Notes: generated by a model not told the origin, from the sequence alone. A stretch of 64,000 nt of DNA from Candidatus Heimdallarchaeum aukensis (GCA_021513695.1 CP084166.1:896001-960000); one strand, 5' to 3'; positions 31,132 to 42,058 are shown, counted from the stretch's first letter. Translations and numbers: made by a program.

Positions 31132-31977
31132 TTATCTTTTGCCTTTGAATTTTTTCTTTTTTCTTCTAACCATTAAAAGTACAAAACTTAGAGTTGCAAA
31201 AAAACCTAAATAGACTATCAACTCAAGAGCTGTTGGTTTGTCTTGATAACCAAATAACGATCTTAAGAATCGCCCTATTTCTGTATTTTTATCATCTATA
31301 AATCCACTAGTATCCCATAACTGTTTTTGTAGCCAATATGTTTCTGGCCCAAACCAGTTTATTTCTTGTAGTTCATGTATTCCATAAGTAAACATTCCTG
31401 CAGCAAAGAAAACTAGAAGAATACCTGTTGTTATGAAAAAAGCTTTTATGTTTATTCTCTTTCCTGATAGGAAAACTAAAGCAGCTACTATCAACGCTAC
31501 AACTAGACCTAATACCCCTGACCAAAGCATAGTAAAATAGTTTCCTTCTATTGCTTCTACTCCTGATAGAAACAGAACTGTCTCTACTCCTTCTCTTAGG
31601 ACAGAAAAAACTGTTAATAATAACACCCCGTATTTCTTGCTCTCTTCTAATGTTTGGTCAACCTTTCTTTCTAATCCTTCTTTTATTTTTGACCCCTCTG
31701 AGCTCATCCAGATTATCATCCAACCTAATAGGAGTGAAGCAATGATCATTGTAAAACCTTCAAATATTTCTTCATATCCGCTAAACCCACCTAGTAATAG
31801 TTGGAATAAGACTGCGAAAACGATTGATAGGACTATTCCTATTACCGTTCCTACCCATATCTGTTTTTTCAACTTTCTTTGCTCTATTTTAGAAACATAA
31901 ACTAAAAGTATTCCTACTATTAAAGCAGCTTCCAGAACTTCTCTGAAAGTTATTAGAAAACTGGCTGTGCTAAACAT
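31132..31977 (-). CDS. FTR1/EfeU-family high-affinity iron permease
   Basis: 281 aa, about 7 TM; two REXXE motifs (FREVLEAALIV and LREGVETVLFL) diagnostic of the FTR1 family. Confidence 0.6.
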   Translation of the reverse strand: MFSTASFLITFREVLEAALIVGILLVYVSKIEQRKLKKQIWVGTVIGIVLSIVFAVLFQLLLGGFSGYEEIFEGFTMIIASLLLGWMIIWMSSEGSKIKEGLERKVDQTLEESKKYGVLLLTVFSVLREGVETVLFLSGVEAIEGNYFTMLWSGVLGLVVALIVAALVFLSGKRINIKAFFITTGILLVFFAAGMFTYGIHELQEINWFGPETYWLQKQLWDTSGFIDDKNTEIGRFLRSLFGYQDKPTALELIVYLGFFATLSFVLLMVRRKKKKFKGKR

Positions 31978-32335
31978 TAGACATTTCCATCCTTTTTCAT
32001 TTCCTTAATTTCAATTTTTTAATTATTTCTAATTATTTCGATAATCTCTGATTATCTCTTTTTTACCTTAAACGATTCTTCGGCGAACCGAAATAAACCC
32101 CACTATTAAATTTTTTAAGTTGAAGAAAAACAAAGAAAGCTAGCAAAGAAGGTTAAATGAACTGTTCAAGAGAAAAAAAAATTATTTTGCTAAATTTTAA
32201 CTTAAACTATTAAAGATATTAACTGTTTTCTGGCCAAGGATAGATAAAATTTCTTGCATCTCTTCTTCTATTGTATACTCAACTCACATTGGTAACAAAT
32301 AAATAGAAGTGGGTTACGTGGGTAAGTGATATATT

Positions 32336-33110
32336 ATGAACAAACCCGAACGTAACCTGGAGAAACTAAGAAAGATTGTGGTTAAAAAAGCTTTGGAAGG
32401 AGAGAAGATAAAAGAGATAGCTCACAAGTATATGGTGAGTAGGAAGTTTGTGTATAAGTGGTTGAAGAGGTTCAGAGAGAACCATGAAGGAGAATGGTGG
32501 AAAGATAGATCTTCCAGACCAAAAACTATACACAAAAAAGTAGATGAGGAGTTAAAAGAGAGGATAAGGGAGTTAAGAATAAAACAAGGAATGAATGTGG
32601 AGAAGATAGCTTATTTGTTGAAGAGAGAAGGAAAAGCACTCTCTCAGACGACAGTGACGAAAGTAATAAAAGAGTTAGGTCTTCCTTTATGGGTTAATAG
32701 AAAAAAGAGGAAGAGACCTCGATACAAGAGTTTTGAACGTCAAAAACCTAACGAACTCTGGTAGATAGATGTGAAAGGACCATTCTGGGTAGAAGAACAG
32801 GGACAACATCTCCACCTCATAACCTTGATAGACGACCAGTCACGATTCTGTCTGGGAGCTAAATTCCACCCTTTTGCACCAAGAAAAGAGCAGATAATAA
32901 GTTTACTAGAGGAAGCAATAAAAGAGTACGGTTACCCCGAGTCTATCCTCACGGACAATGGAGCACTCTTCTCTTCCGTTAGAGGGAGGAACAAGTACCT
33001 TCTCCCGTTGGTGCCAAACAGAGGGAATAAAACACATCAGAGCTAGAGTTTTTCACCCCGAAACATGTGGAAAAGTAGAAAGATAAATCTATGACTATAT
33101 CCTTATTATT
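32336..33110 (+). pseudogene. IS481-family transposase pseudogene (in-frame TAG, frameshift, 3' truncation)
   Basis: HTH N-terminus; PNELW-TAG-IDVKGPF where Q is expected; integrase-core block LITLIDDQSRF...ILTDNGALFSS. The conserved HPETCGKVER segment falls in a different frame and the end is overrun by the convergent chelatase gene. Confidence 0.65.
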
Positions 33111-35113
33111 TCTGCTCTTGTGTGTTGTGTTATTAGTTCTAAATATGATGGAGCAGGATCTATTCCTTTTTTGTTTCTTGTATCAAATATTGTCATTTTT
33201 ATTTTCTCTTTATTTATTGTTTGTGATAATTCTTCAATTTCCTTCTTTATACTCTTATTCTGTAATGAAGTGTTAGCTTTTCCATCAGTTATTAGTAACG
33301 CTTCTACAATACTCTTTCTGTTCTTATTGCGGAATTTTTTTGTGATACTTAATAGGGATTGAAATCCTGATGCTAATGGCGTTCTTCCTCCTGTAGGTAA
33401 AGTTTTCAATGCATCTATTACACGACAATAATCTCTTGTAGGAGGTACTGTAACATTAGCTTTCTTTCCTCTGAATGCTATCATACCAATATAGTCTCTT
33501 TTTACATATGCTTTTTCAACAAACTTTTCTGCTAAGCCTTTTGCTACACTAATTCTCCTTTGTAATCCCATGCTACCACTAGAATCTAAGATAATCAAGG
33601 TGAGTTTTGGTAATTGTTGTTTTCTTACTTTTACTCGTATCTCATCATCTGTAATTCTTAGTGGTAATTTCTTCATATTCCCTATAGCAGCATACAAGGT
33701 TCCAGATATGTCAATATCTCGTAATTGTTCCTTCTTATTTGGAGGTACATATGAAACAGGATGGCCTTGTAGTGAACCTACTGTTGTTATTCTAGCACTC
33801 CTTGAACCTCTCCACATATGATCGTCACTTAAGTTCTCATGTGCTCGCTGTATCTTTTTTTTTATCTCAATATCTGTTTTTGCACTCTCAAACGTTTCTT
33901 CATGTTCTCCCATTTTGTTATTATCTATATCGTTAGGCTTTTTTTTTACCTCTCTTTCAGCTTTTGTTTCCTCATTTCTTCCTTCCTGTTTTTCTTCTTC
34001 GTTTTTGTTGGATTCCATATCCTTTGTAATTTTTTCTATCATCTCTTGGGGAGCTATGTTATCAAATGGATTTGTTCTTAATCTATGGGGTAAAGCTAGT
34101 TCCATTGCTTTTTTTATGTCCTCTAATGTTACATCTCTACGTCCATCAAGTGCTGCAATTGCCTTTGCTGTTTTTACTGTAACAATTTCAGCTCTATGTG
34201 TCTTTATCCCTAATTTCATTATTGATTTTATTAAGGAGTTTAACAATTCATCATTAATGATTATTGTATCAATAATTTTCCTTGCATCAGTTACTGCTTT
34301 TCTAATTGTATTCTCTTCTCTTTCATATTCCAAGTAAAATTTATCTGGATTCTTGTGAAACTTTTCGACTCTTCTTATAACCTCAATTCTTTCTTCAAAC
34401 TTCTCCAAAGCCTCAATATTAACGTATAAACCAAATCTGTCCAACAATTGGGGGCGTAATTCCCCTTCTTCAGGGTTCATACTCCCTACTAATATAAATC
34501 TCGCAGGATGTTTTACTGAAATGCCCTCCCTTTCAATAATATTCCATCCCATAGCTGCAGCATCAAGCAATACATCAGCTACATAGTCATCTAAAAGATT
34601 CACTTCGTCAATGTACAAGATATTTCTATTTGCTTCTGCTAATATTCCCAGTTCTAAAGCTCTTACACCTTGGGTTAAAGCTTTTTTTATGTTCAGTGTT
34701 CCAACTAGTCTGTCTACTGTAACAGTTAATGGTAAATCTACTACTCTCATTCGTTTTGATGAGATTTTCAATTTCTGCCCTTCTATTGTCATACCATAAC
34801 AGGAATCGCACATTTCTAAATGATGGTACGGATTACAGTTGAAAGGACATTGTGCTACAACCTCAACCTCTGGTAGGACATATGATAATGCCCGAACAAT
34901 TGTTGACTTACCTGTGCCTTTTTCGCCAGTTAGGAGCACTCCTCCTATCGTTGGATCAACTGCGCAACATAGTAGTGCAAGTTTAGCTTTTTCCTGTTCC
35001 ACTATAGCAGTGAAGGGAAATACGATCTTTCTTTCATTTTTGTTCCTTTCTGTTAGATGTCCCATTTTGTATTCACTCATCTCTTTAGTTTTCATTCTCT
35101 TTGTTTTGAACAA
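33095..35113 (-). CDS. Fused ChlI/ChlD-like class I chelatase ATPase subunit (AAA+ MoxR-type N-terminus + vWA C-terminus), CobS/CobT-equivalent
   Basis: Walker A LLTGEKGTGKST and Cys-rich CPFNCNPYH in the N-terminal ChlI/BchI-like part; C-terminal vWA MIDAS motif ILDSSGSMG; immediately downstream of cobN. Confidence 0.8.
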   Translation of the reverse strand: MFKTKRMKTKEMSEYKMGHLTERNKNERKIVFPFTAIVEQEKAKLALLCCAVDPTIGGVLLTGEKGTGKSTIVRALSYVLPEVEVVAQCPFNCNPYHHLEMCDSCYGMTIEGQKLKISSKRMRVVDLPLTVTVDRLVGTLNIKKALTQGVRALELGILAEANRNILYIDEVNLLDDYVADVLLDAAAMGWNIIEREGISVKHPARFILVGSMNPEEGELRPQLLDRFGLYVNIEALEKFEERIEVIRRVEKFHKNPDKFYLEYEREENTIRKAVTDARKIIDTIIINDELLNSLIKSIMKLGIKTHRAEIVTVKTAKAIAALDGRRDVTLEDIKKAMELALPHRLRTNPFDNIAPQEMIEKITKDMESNKNEEEKQEGRNEETKAEREVKKKPNDIDNNKMGEHEETFESAKTDIEIKKKIQRAHENLSDDHMWRGSRSARITTVGSLQGHPVSYVPPNKKEQLRDIDISGTLYAAIGNMKKLPLRITDDEIRVKVRKQQLPKLTLIILDSSGSMGLQRRISVAKGLAEKFVEKAYVKRDYIGMIAFRGKKANVTVPPTRDYCRVIDALKTLPTGGRTPLASGFQSLLSITKKFRNKNRKSIVEALLITDGKANTSLQNKSIKKEIEELSQTINKEKIKMTIFDTRNKKGIDPAPSYLELITQHTRAEIIRI

Positions 35114-38100
35114 ATTTGTTCCATGTTTGTGTTATATTAGTTAATTTATTCTTCCAGTTTTCTACCTCTTCTGGACTATACATCCTTATTTCTCCCCCTT
35201 GAATCTCTGCTTCTCCACCTAAACTATCCTCTAGTACACCTTCAATATCGGCATATGCTTCTTCTAAATTGTCTTTCATCTCTTCTGTGGGTTGCCACAA
35301 CTTCCTTTCTATTGCTTCAGTAAGTCTTCTAGAAATCTCTTCTGCTGCCCATATATTGTTTTCAGCAAACCATTTTCTCATTTCTTCATCAATTATGTAT
35401 GTTTCTGCAATGTTATCGAATACCCAATCGTTAACTAATTTCGTTGTTGATGACCAGCCGTACAAATGCAAGATTTTCTTTGAGAATTCATTTGCTCCTC
35501 GATAACCATGCTTCTTCATTTCAGATATCCATGTTGGATTTAGCAGTTTTGCTCTTACAATTCTCTCTATCTCTTCTTTTATTCCTCGTATTTCTGCTCT
35601 TGTTATGTCTTTAGTATCTACAACAACTATTTCTACATCGTCTTTACCAGTCAGACTTTTTACTGTATTATAAAAACCTCCATGGGTGGAAAAATAACAG
35701 CAACAATTGAGAATATCATGTTCATCAGTAATATGATTTCTTGTAATAACTTCGACATTTTTCAAGTTCATTATTAAGCCTTCAGGGTTTGGTTCACCAA
35801 ATAGCTTTTTAGTATACATGTAACAGCCCCATTGTACCCACGTTTTAGCTAGATCTTCGTCATCTTTCCAAGCTGACGATTCAATAGCATAATTTACTCC
35901 AGATCCATAAGTACCTGAAGGGCTACACCAAACCCTACATTTTGCAATTTCGTGATTTTTTTCCCCACGTAACTCAGTCAAATATTCAAGATAATGCTTT
36001 TTGACATAATTAACATCTGTTGACTCTTCAAGCATAACAACCTTTGATACTGCTTCATCGATCAACTGAAAATAAATTGGTAGAGTATCTCTTACTATTC
36101 CACTGATTCGAACAGAAACATCGATTCGTGGCCTTCCAAGTTCTTCTAACGGAATAACTTCAACTCCTTTAACTGTTCCATCGGTTCGCCAAATAGGCTT
36201 AGTTCCTAATAAATAAAGAATCTGTGAGATCTGTTCTCCGTCTCCTTTATAACCATCAAGACTCCATAACCATTGACCAATAGTTTCTGGATATTTGCCA
36301 TGATGCTTATCGTAATGTTCAAGTAATTTTTCTGCTGTCTCTATTCCTATCTTCCATGCTGCGCGTGTTGGAATACTTGTAGGATCAATAGCATAAAAAT
36401 TCCTTCCAGTGGGTAGTATCTCTATCTTCCCTCTTGTTATTGACCCTGAGGGGCCAGGTTCTATAAACTGTCCACTTATCCCATATAAGAATCCATCTGT
36501 TTCAACTTTACATTCTTGAATTCTTTTTGCTATTTCTAATGCTCTTTGAAATGCTTCAAGAGCTTCTGCCTTTGAAGTGAATTTTAATTTTAATTCATTC
36601 ACTTTGGAACTCATATTTTCTATTAACTTCTTATGGAGGATTTCTGTGAAAGCTTCCATCGTGAGTTTTTCGTTATTAGTTTCATTTTCAAGAAGAGTCT
36701 TCAAAACCTCTATTGCAACTTTATGTAATATTTTAAGAGTATCTTTATTTAGAAGACCATATTCATTAATAACTAGTTTGTTGTTTCTTAAATGATTATA
36801 ATCAAGCCCAATACACTCTGCAAGACACCTTCTTATTGAATGAAATGAATGGGTATCATAACTCATTGTAGTGACTACATATTCTGCTAACTTTACTGAG
36901 TTTTTAGTGGGGTAGCCAAAAATATGCAATCCCATTTCGATTTGTGTTTCCATTGTCGCGTTTAGATAATTATGGATCTCCTCTACAACATGTTTAGGAT
37001 CTTCTTTTGTGATTGGAATATTGCTTTCTTTTGCTTTTTTTATGAGCTCTTCATATATTACTCTCACCCTAGCATTGTCACCCAGTTGTTCTGCTTTAGA
37101 ATATTCAGTTAATAATGAATCGATTTCGTCAAGCACTTCTGCCATTGCTAAAGGAGGGTACATGTGATCCACTATAGTGGCATAGCTTCTTCTCTTAGCT
37201 ATTACTCCTTCCATCGGATTCGAAACATTATAGACATATAGATGAGGAATATCATCAATAGATATTTCTGGCCAACATGAAGGTGATAAACCTACTCCTT
37301 TACCTGGTCTAAATTCAAGGTATCCATGTGTTCCAAAATGAACAATCATGTTTGCCTTCCAAATTCTTGAAATCCATCTATATACTGCAAACCATTGATG
37401 TGGAGGTGAAATCGATGGGTCATGAAGAATTTTGCATACATTGCCATCACAAGCTGCACCCGCACAGCCAGGCTTTGGTTGCGTGATAACTAGAACATTT
37501 CCAAAACTTATACCTGGTATGACAAACTTATTGTTATAAACCATACCAATTAACGGTTTAGGAGCTTTTCCCAAAAGAATATCCTCAGGATAGCCCCAAT
37601 CTTCTTGAATTTTCTCTTTAGTATCTATAGGTAGCTCGTTAAACCAGTTCATATATGTTTTAAGATCAGAATAACCAACTGCTCCACCTTTTTTCACTAT
37701 TTCGTCAACAGATGTCCAACGAAACTCACTTATTGCTTTTCGTTCAGTGAACATCTCAACTAGCTCTTTTCCATCCTTTGGAAGCGTTTCACCAATATTG
37801 TAACCTCTCTTCTTTAAGTCTTTAAGAAGTCGAACAACACTTTCGGGAACATCAAGGCCAAATCCAACACCAATACTTCCTTCAAGACTCTTACATGGCG
37901 GAGTTATTAGGACAATTGCTATTTTTCGCTTCTCTGGAGGAAGATATCGTAAAGTGATCCATTTCTTTACACGTTTAGCGATATATTGGGCATGGTGTTC
38001 AAAACATTCGTACCTCTTTATTCCTTGGGGATCAATCTTTGCACCACCTAAATATATAGGCTCAATAATCCCATCTACTTCAGGCATGATTACTGTATAG

Positions 38101-38987
38101 ATTTGACTCATGTAACTGATGCCTGTTTCATCAGAGAGCCAATCGTTGATACCTTTAGAGAAGTCTCGTACTCCTTGAAGTATTGGTATATTCATCTTTT
38201 TAAGTAATTCAAGCCCTCTCACACTTTTGAATCCTTCAGATTTTAATCGTATTATTTTTCTACTAAGTAAAAAGAAACTAGTTAAATTGATTAGAACATC
38301 GATAGTTGGCTTTTCATCTTTTATGAAAAAAGTTTGAATTGTACTTTCACTATCTGGAGCATCTACTCTTGTATCGCCAAAGGAATATGTGAATACAGGT
38401 ATAACGCCTATTCCTTCTTCTTCTAACGCATCTATAATCGGTTTCACATAATCAGTGTTGCCATATAGCCAAATCGATCTGTAAAACATTATCCCTACAA
38501 ATTTCTTTTCATTATGTGGATAGATCTTTAAATAATCATTTAGTTCGTTGAAAGTGCCATATTTAGGATGCCATATTCCATGCCATGGAACTTTTTTTAA
38601 TCCATCAACTTCAATATTTTCCCCCAAAGCTTGCAAAAGCAAGCGAATAAGTTGTGTAAGATTCTGCTCTCCTCCGAACTTATAAAATGCAATAGCCTTA
38701 CTGATTACCTCATTTGTAGCTTTAGAGAGATGAACTGTTGAGTCGGATCCAGAAATTATAATCTTTGCACTGCTTTGACTAATTGCTTTCTCAACATCTG
38801 TAGAAAGGCCAGCAGAATAGATAAAAATGGCATCTGCATTCTTAATGAATTCTTCGTGTTTTGTGGCTTGAGAATCTGTTGTAATAATATACCTGAATCC
38901 ATTTTTTTCTGATTCCTTTGACAAGGCTTTTGATAGTGATGGTATTGCTGTTCCACTATAACCTATGATAAATGCTAAATTAATCAT
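35085..38987 (-). CDS. cobN: CobN/ChlH-family large chelatase subunit (cobalto-/nickel-chelatase, class I)
   Basis: 1300 aa; conserved HFGTHGYLEFRPGKGVGLS (CobN H-x-G-T-H-G-x-x-E-x-x-P-G-K) motif; size typical of CobN. Confidence 0.85.
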   Translation of the reverse strand: MINLAFIIGYSGTAIPSLSKALSKESEKNGFRYIITTDSQATKHEEFIKNADAIFIYSAGLSTDVEKAISQSSAKIIISGSDSTVHLSKATNEVISKAIAFYKFGGEQNLTQLIRLLLQALGENIEVDGLKKVPWHGIWHPKYGTFNELNDYLKIYPHNEKKFVGIMFYRSIWLYGNTDYVKPIIDALEEEGIGVIPVFTYSFGDTRVDAPDSESTIQTFFIKDEKPTIDVLINLTSFFLLSRKIIRLKSEGFKSVRGLELLKKMNIPILQGVRDFSKGINDWLSDETGISYMSQIYTVIMPEVDGIIEPIYLGGAKIDPQGIKRYECFEHHAQYIAKRVKKWITLRYLPPEKRKIAIVLITPPCKSLEGSIGVGFGLDVPESVVRLLKDLKKRGYNIGETLPKDGKELVEMFTERKAISEFRWTSVDEIVKKGGAVGYSDLKTYMNWFNELPIDTKEKIQEDWGYPEDILLGKAPKPLIGMVYNNKFVIPGISFGNVLVITQPKPGCAGAACDGNVCKILHDPSISPPHQWFAVYRWISRIWKANMIVHFGTHGYLEFRPGKGVGLSPSCWPEISIDDIPHLYVYNVSNPMEGVIAKRRSYATIVDHMYPPLAMAEVLDEIDSLLTEYSKAEQLGDNARVRVIYEELIKKAKESNIPITKEDPKHVVEEIHNYLNATMETQIEMGLHIFGYPTKNSVKLAEYVVTTMSYDTHSFHSIRRCLAECIGLDYNHLRNNKLVINEYGLLNKDTLKILHKVAIEVLKTLLENETNNEKLTMEAFTEILHKKLIENMSSKVNELKLKFTSKAEALEAFQRALEIAKRIQECKVETDGFLYGISGQFIEPGPSGSITRGKIEILPTGRNFYAIDPTSIPTRAAWKIGIETAEKLLEHYDKHHGKYPETIGQWLWSLDGYKGDGEQISQILYLLGTKPIWRTDGTVKGVEVIPLEELGRPRIDVSVRISGIVRDTLPIYFQLIDEAVSKVVMLEESTDVNYVKKHYLEYLTELRGEKNHEIAKCRVWCSPSGTYGSGVNYAIESSAWKDDEDLAKTWVQWGCYMYTKKLFGEPNPEGLIMNLKNVEVITRNHITDEHDILNCCCYFSTHGGFYNTVKSLTGKDDVEIVVVDTKDITRAEIRGIKEEIERIVRAKLLNPTWISEMKKHGYRGANEFSKKILHLYGWSSTTKLVNDWVFDNIAETYIIDEEMRKWFAENNIWAAEEISRRLTEAIERKLWQPTEEMKDNLEEAYADIEGVLEDSLGGEAEIQGGEIRMYSPEEVENWKNKLTNITQTWNKFVQNKENEN

Positions 38988-38989
38988 GA

Positions 38990-39781
38990 TTAATCGGTCA
39001 CCTCGACTGGATAAACACTGATTGGATAGACAATTTTACAATGATTGTTGTTGATTATTCTCGCGTTTATTCCATATGCTTTTGCGATATTTGCTTCATT
39101 AATGACTACTTCTGGTTTTCCTGCCCCTATTATTTGACCTTTAGCAAGTATAACAATAAAATTTGAAAATCTCAATGCTAAATTAGGATCATGTTGGCTC
39201 ATTATTGCGCATATTTTTCTTTCTTTTACAATCTTGTTAATTATAGTCATAACTTTTAGTTGGTTTTTCAGATCTAAATGTGCAGTTGGTTCATCAAGAA
39301 TCAACACTTCTGGCTCTTGAGTTAAAGCTCTTGCAATTAATAATAATTGGCGTTCTCCTCCGCTAATTTGAGTATATGACCTGTCTCTCATATGGTAAAG
39401 ATTAACAAGTTTCAGCATTTCTTCAGCTTTAGAATAATCCTCTTCTGATGGCAGAGAAAACATTGAAGTGTAGGGAGTTCGCCCTAAAAGAACAAAATCT
39501 AGAGCAGAAAGAGCAAATAAAGGATTGTGATTTTGAGGAACATACCCGATTATTTTTGCCCTTTCCCTTTGTCCTATCTCGAAAATACTTTTCTTGTCTA
39601 TAAAAATACAGCCTTTTTTTGGCTTTAGAAGAGTACAGATGCATTTTAAAAGTGTAGTCTTGCCAGAACCATTTGGACCCAGTAGACTAACGACTCCACC
39701 TTTTTCAACTTGTATTTTTATCTCTCTTAATTCAAATTCAATATCATACGAAAATGAAAGATTATCAATTACTAATGCCAT
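38990..39781 (-). CDS. ABC transporter ATP-binding protein (FepC/BtuD/FhuC type)
   Basis: Walker A LLGPNGSGKTTLLK, signature LSGGERQ, Walker B LILDEPTAHLD. Confidence 0.85.
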   Translation of the reverse strand: MALVIDNLSFSYDIEFELREIKIQVEKGGVVSLLGPNGSGKTTLLKCICTLLKPKKGCIFIDKKSIFEIGQRERAKIIGYVPQNHNPLFALSALDFVLLGRTPYTSMFSLPSEEDYSKAEEMLKLVNLYHMRDRSYTQISGGERQLLLIARALTQEPEVLILDEPTAHLDLKNQLKVMTIINKIVKERKICAIMSQHDPNLALRFSNFIVILAKGQIIGAGKPEVVINEANIAKAYGINARIINNNHCKIVYPISVYPVEVTD

Positions 39782-40800
39782 ACGCCTTTACTCCTTTTTC
39801 TTAACAGGTAAAGAAAGAATGGTGCTCCACACAAAGTTGTGAGTATACCAACTGGAATTTCATAAGGTAGTAATGACCTTGCTATATTGTCAGCGAGTAA
39901 AAGAATAGATGCACCAGTTGCTGCAGATAGTGGAATTATTTTTCTATTATCAGCAGTTTTGAAGAGCATTCTTATTGTGTGCGGAATTATCAGTCCTATC
40001 CATCCTATAATGCCACATACTGAGATCAAAGAAGCAGAAACCAATGTTGCTGCTCCTAGAACTAGTAATCTCTCTTTCTCAACATTTATACCTAACGTTT
40101 TTGCTTCCTCATCCTTCATAGACAATGCATTAAGCCTCCATCTCATACCAAATAGAATTAAGGAACCTATTAAGATTGGAGGAAAAATTTGTAACACTTC
40201 TTTCCATGATATGGTTGAAAACCTTCCCAATAACCAATATACAATATCTGCAACATGGTTGGGTTCTACAATAAATTTAATAATAGATAAGCATGCTGAA
40301 AAAAGAGAAGAGACTATTATTCCTGCCAAAATAAGTGAAATTACTTGCACATCTCCCTGAGTTTTTGCTACCAAATATGTCGTACCAAATGCTATTATAC
40401 CAAATATGAAAGCAAATATTTGGACAAGAAATGAATCTAATAATAATAAAGAAATTGCAAGGGCTGCGCCAAACGCAGAACCAGCTGAAACACCTAGAAT
40501 ATACGTGTCTACAAGCGGGTTCCTAAAGACTGCTTGTAATGATGCACCAGAAACTGAAAGTGCAATTCCACCTAATACTGCTGCAATAATTCTAGGTAAT
40601 CTGATTTCGAAGATAATTACTTCATATGCTCTAGGCCATGATTTTTCTGGTGTGAGTGAAAAAATCTTAGAAATTATTATTCTTAGCACTGTTCCAGCTG
40701 GAATGTATAATCGACCAATAAAAATTGAGAAAAAAACTATAAGTAGTGGGGAAAAATAAAGAAAATAAAGAATTGCTTTTTTAGGTACTGATAGTTTCAT
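39772..40800 (-). CDS. FecCD-family ABC permease (BtuC/FepD-like)
   Basis: 342 aa, about 9-10 TM, Gly-rich helices typical of FecCD permeases; overlaps the ATPase gene by a few codons. Confidence 0.8.
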   Translation of the reverse strand: MKLSVPKKAILYFLYFSPLLIVFFSIFIGRLYIPAGTVLRIIISKIFSLTPEKSWPRAYEVIIFEIRLPRIIAAVLGGIALSVSGASLQAVFRNPLVDTYILGVSAGSAFGAALAISLLLLDSFLVQIFAFIFGIIAFGTTYLVAKTQGDVQVISLILAGIIVSSLFSACLSIIKFIVEPNHVADIVYWLLGRFSTISWKEVLQIFPPILIGSLILFGMRWRLNALSMKDEEAKTLGINVEKERLLVLGAATLVSASLISVCGIIGWIGLIIPHTIRMLFKTADNRKIIPLSAATGASILLLADNIARSLLPYEIPVGILTTLCGAPFFLYLLRKRSKGVWH

Positions 40801-40832
40801 AGTAACTCACATGTAAATTTTGGTAACTAACT

Positions 40833-41894
40833 TTATTGCCATTCAAAGGGATCATTGATACCATAAATATTCATGAAGAGATTATTTGAAACAGTTTCAA
40901 AATTTATATCAGTAAATAAGTCTGGATAAGCCCACATCCCCATGCGTAGCACAATAAGTGGTGAAGCAGGAGACCATGTACTAAGTTTAGGGTATTGGAA
41001 GACCTTTTGATTTTGAACCGCACTGATACTTTGCCATTGTGTGTCATTCAATATGTCTTCAGGAGTATATTTTGCTGATCCCCAAATTACAATAACATCA
41101 GGATTCCATGCGATGATTTCTTCAATTGAAACCTCAGCATATTTTTCTTTAATATCGACAGCAGGATTGATACAACCGCATATGTGTATGTAAGTGTTTG
41201 TTACACCAAGCCCGCCTGTTACTTTTGTTTTGCTGCTCCATAAGTGAATCATTTTTAGTTTTGAATCTATTGTAAGATCATTTGTCTTTGAGGAAGGTAT
41301 ATCCATTGTTTTTTTCATATAAGTGATGATTTCACTAGCCCTGTCACTCACATTGAATATTTCACCTAAAAGCTCTATGCATTGATATAAATCATCTAAG
41401 TTGTCTAAACTAATCAGCACTACGGATATGTTTAATGCTTCTATTTGAGGAAGTATGTCTTGCATATGAGAACTTGCATAAGCTATAACAACTTCAGGAT
41501 CTTCCAGAACTAATTCCTCGATGTTCACACTAAATGAGGAACCTGGTGAGGGAACATCTGTAAGGTTGAAATTATATTGTTCATCGGCAGCTACTAAGAT
41601 TGGATTACTATAAGCGTATTTTGAGATACCAACGACTTTATCCCATTGTCCTAAGGCATATACGATATCGTAACTCTCTAAAACTACTACTCTGTTGACT
41701 TCATAGGGAATTGTTACATTGCGCCCTTCAAAATCAGTAATAACCTTATAATCTGGGAGACCAAGATTATGTGATGATAAGTAGTATAGACCAACTATAC
41801 CGCCAGTTACTATACTAGCTATAATTATTCCAATTATTATAGCTCTTGAATTTATTTTTCTCAACAAGGTCATTTTTGCTCCTATGTGCCCCAA
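40833..41894 (-). CDS. Substrate-binding protein of the corrinoid/siderophore/metal-chelate ABC importer (class III SBP, BtuF/FepB-like)
   Basis: 353 aa, N-terminal signal/TM anchor, operon position upstream of FecCD permease and ATPase. Confidence 0.65.
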   Translation of the reverse strand: MGHIGAKMTLLRKINSRAIIIGIIIASIVTGGIVGLYYLSSHNLGLPDYKVITDFEGRNVTIPYEVNRVVVLESYDIVYALGQWDKVVGISKYAYSNPILVAADEQYNFNLTDVPSPGSSFSVNIEELVLEDPEVVIAYASSHMQDILPQIEALNISVVLISLDNLDDLYQCIELLGEIFNVSDRASEIITYMKKTMDIPSSKTNDLTIDSKLKMIHLWSSKTKVTGGLGVTNTYIHICGCINPAVDIKEKYAEVSIEEIIAWNPDVIVIWGSAKYTPEDILNDTQWQSISAVQNQKVFQYPKLSTWSPASPLIVLRMGMWAYPDLFTDINFETVSNNLFMNIYGINDPFEWQ

Positions 41895-41912
41895 ATTGGA
41901 TAAGTTATAAAA

Positions 41913-41939
41913 GTGTTACGATTTTAATATTCGTAACAC
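41913..41939. promoter_or_regulatory. Perfect inverted repeat GTGTTACGA-N9-TCGTAACAC in the promoter region of the transporter/chelatase operon (candidate metal-regulator operator)
   Basis: 9-bp arms, perfect dyad symmetry, about 20-45 bp upstream of the SBP start and next to a TTTATAA-like element. Confidence 0.4.
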
Positions 41940-42058
41940 ATTGTTTGTATCCGAAAAAGATTAGAATAAGAACTTTTTAGGAACAAAGCCCCTGTCTCTC
42001 AAAAATTATTTGCCAATAGATCTATAAATAGAAAAGAAAAAAAGCAAGAAGAAGAAAT

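Noticed and set aside
32758-32763. In-frame TAG in the IS481-like transposase as possible pyrrolysine/readthrough codon
   Set aside because: The same copy also has a downstream frameshift and is truncated by the convergent chelatase gene, and a second copy (2740-3610) is even more decayed; simple pseudogenisation is the parsimonious reading.
33091-35144. Several + strand ORFs (33091-33276, 33120-33362, 33570-33821, 33839-34337, 34839-35144) and 36577-36795, 38756-38956
   Set aside because: All lie antisense within the ChlI/ChlD and CobN genes, which have strong family motifs; hydrophobic low-complexity translations.
39429-40759. ORFs 39429-39644 (-), 39594-39842 (+), 39887-40360 (+), 40406-40759 (+)
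   Set aside because: Antisense or out-of-frame within the ABC ATPase and FecCD permease genes that carry canonical Walker and permease features.
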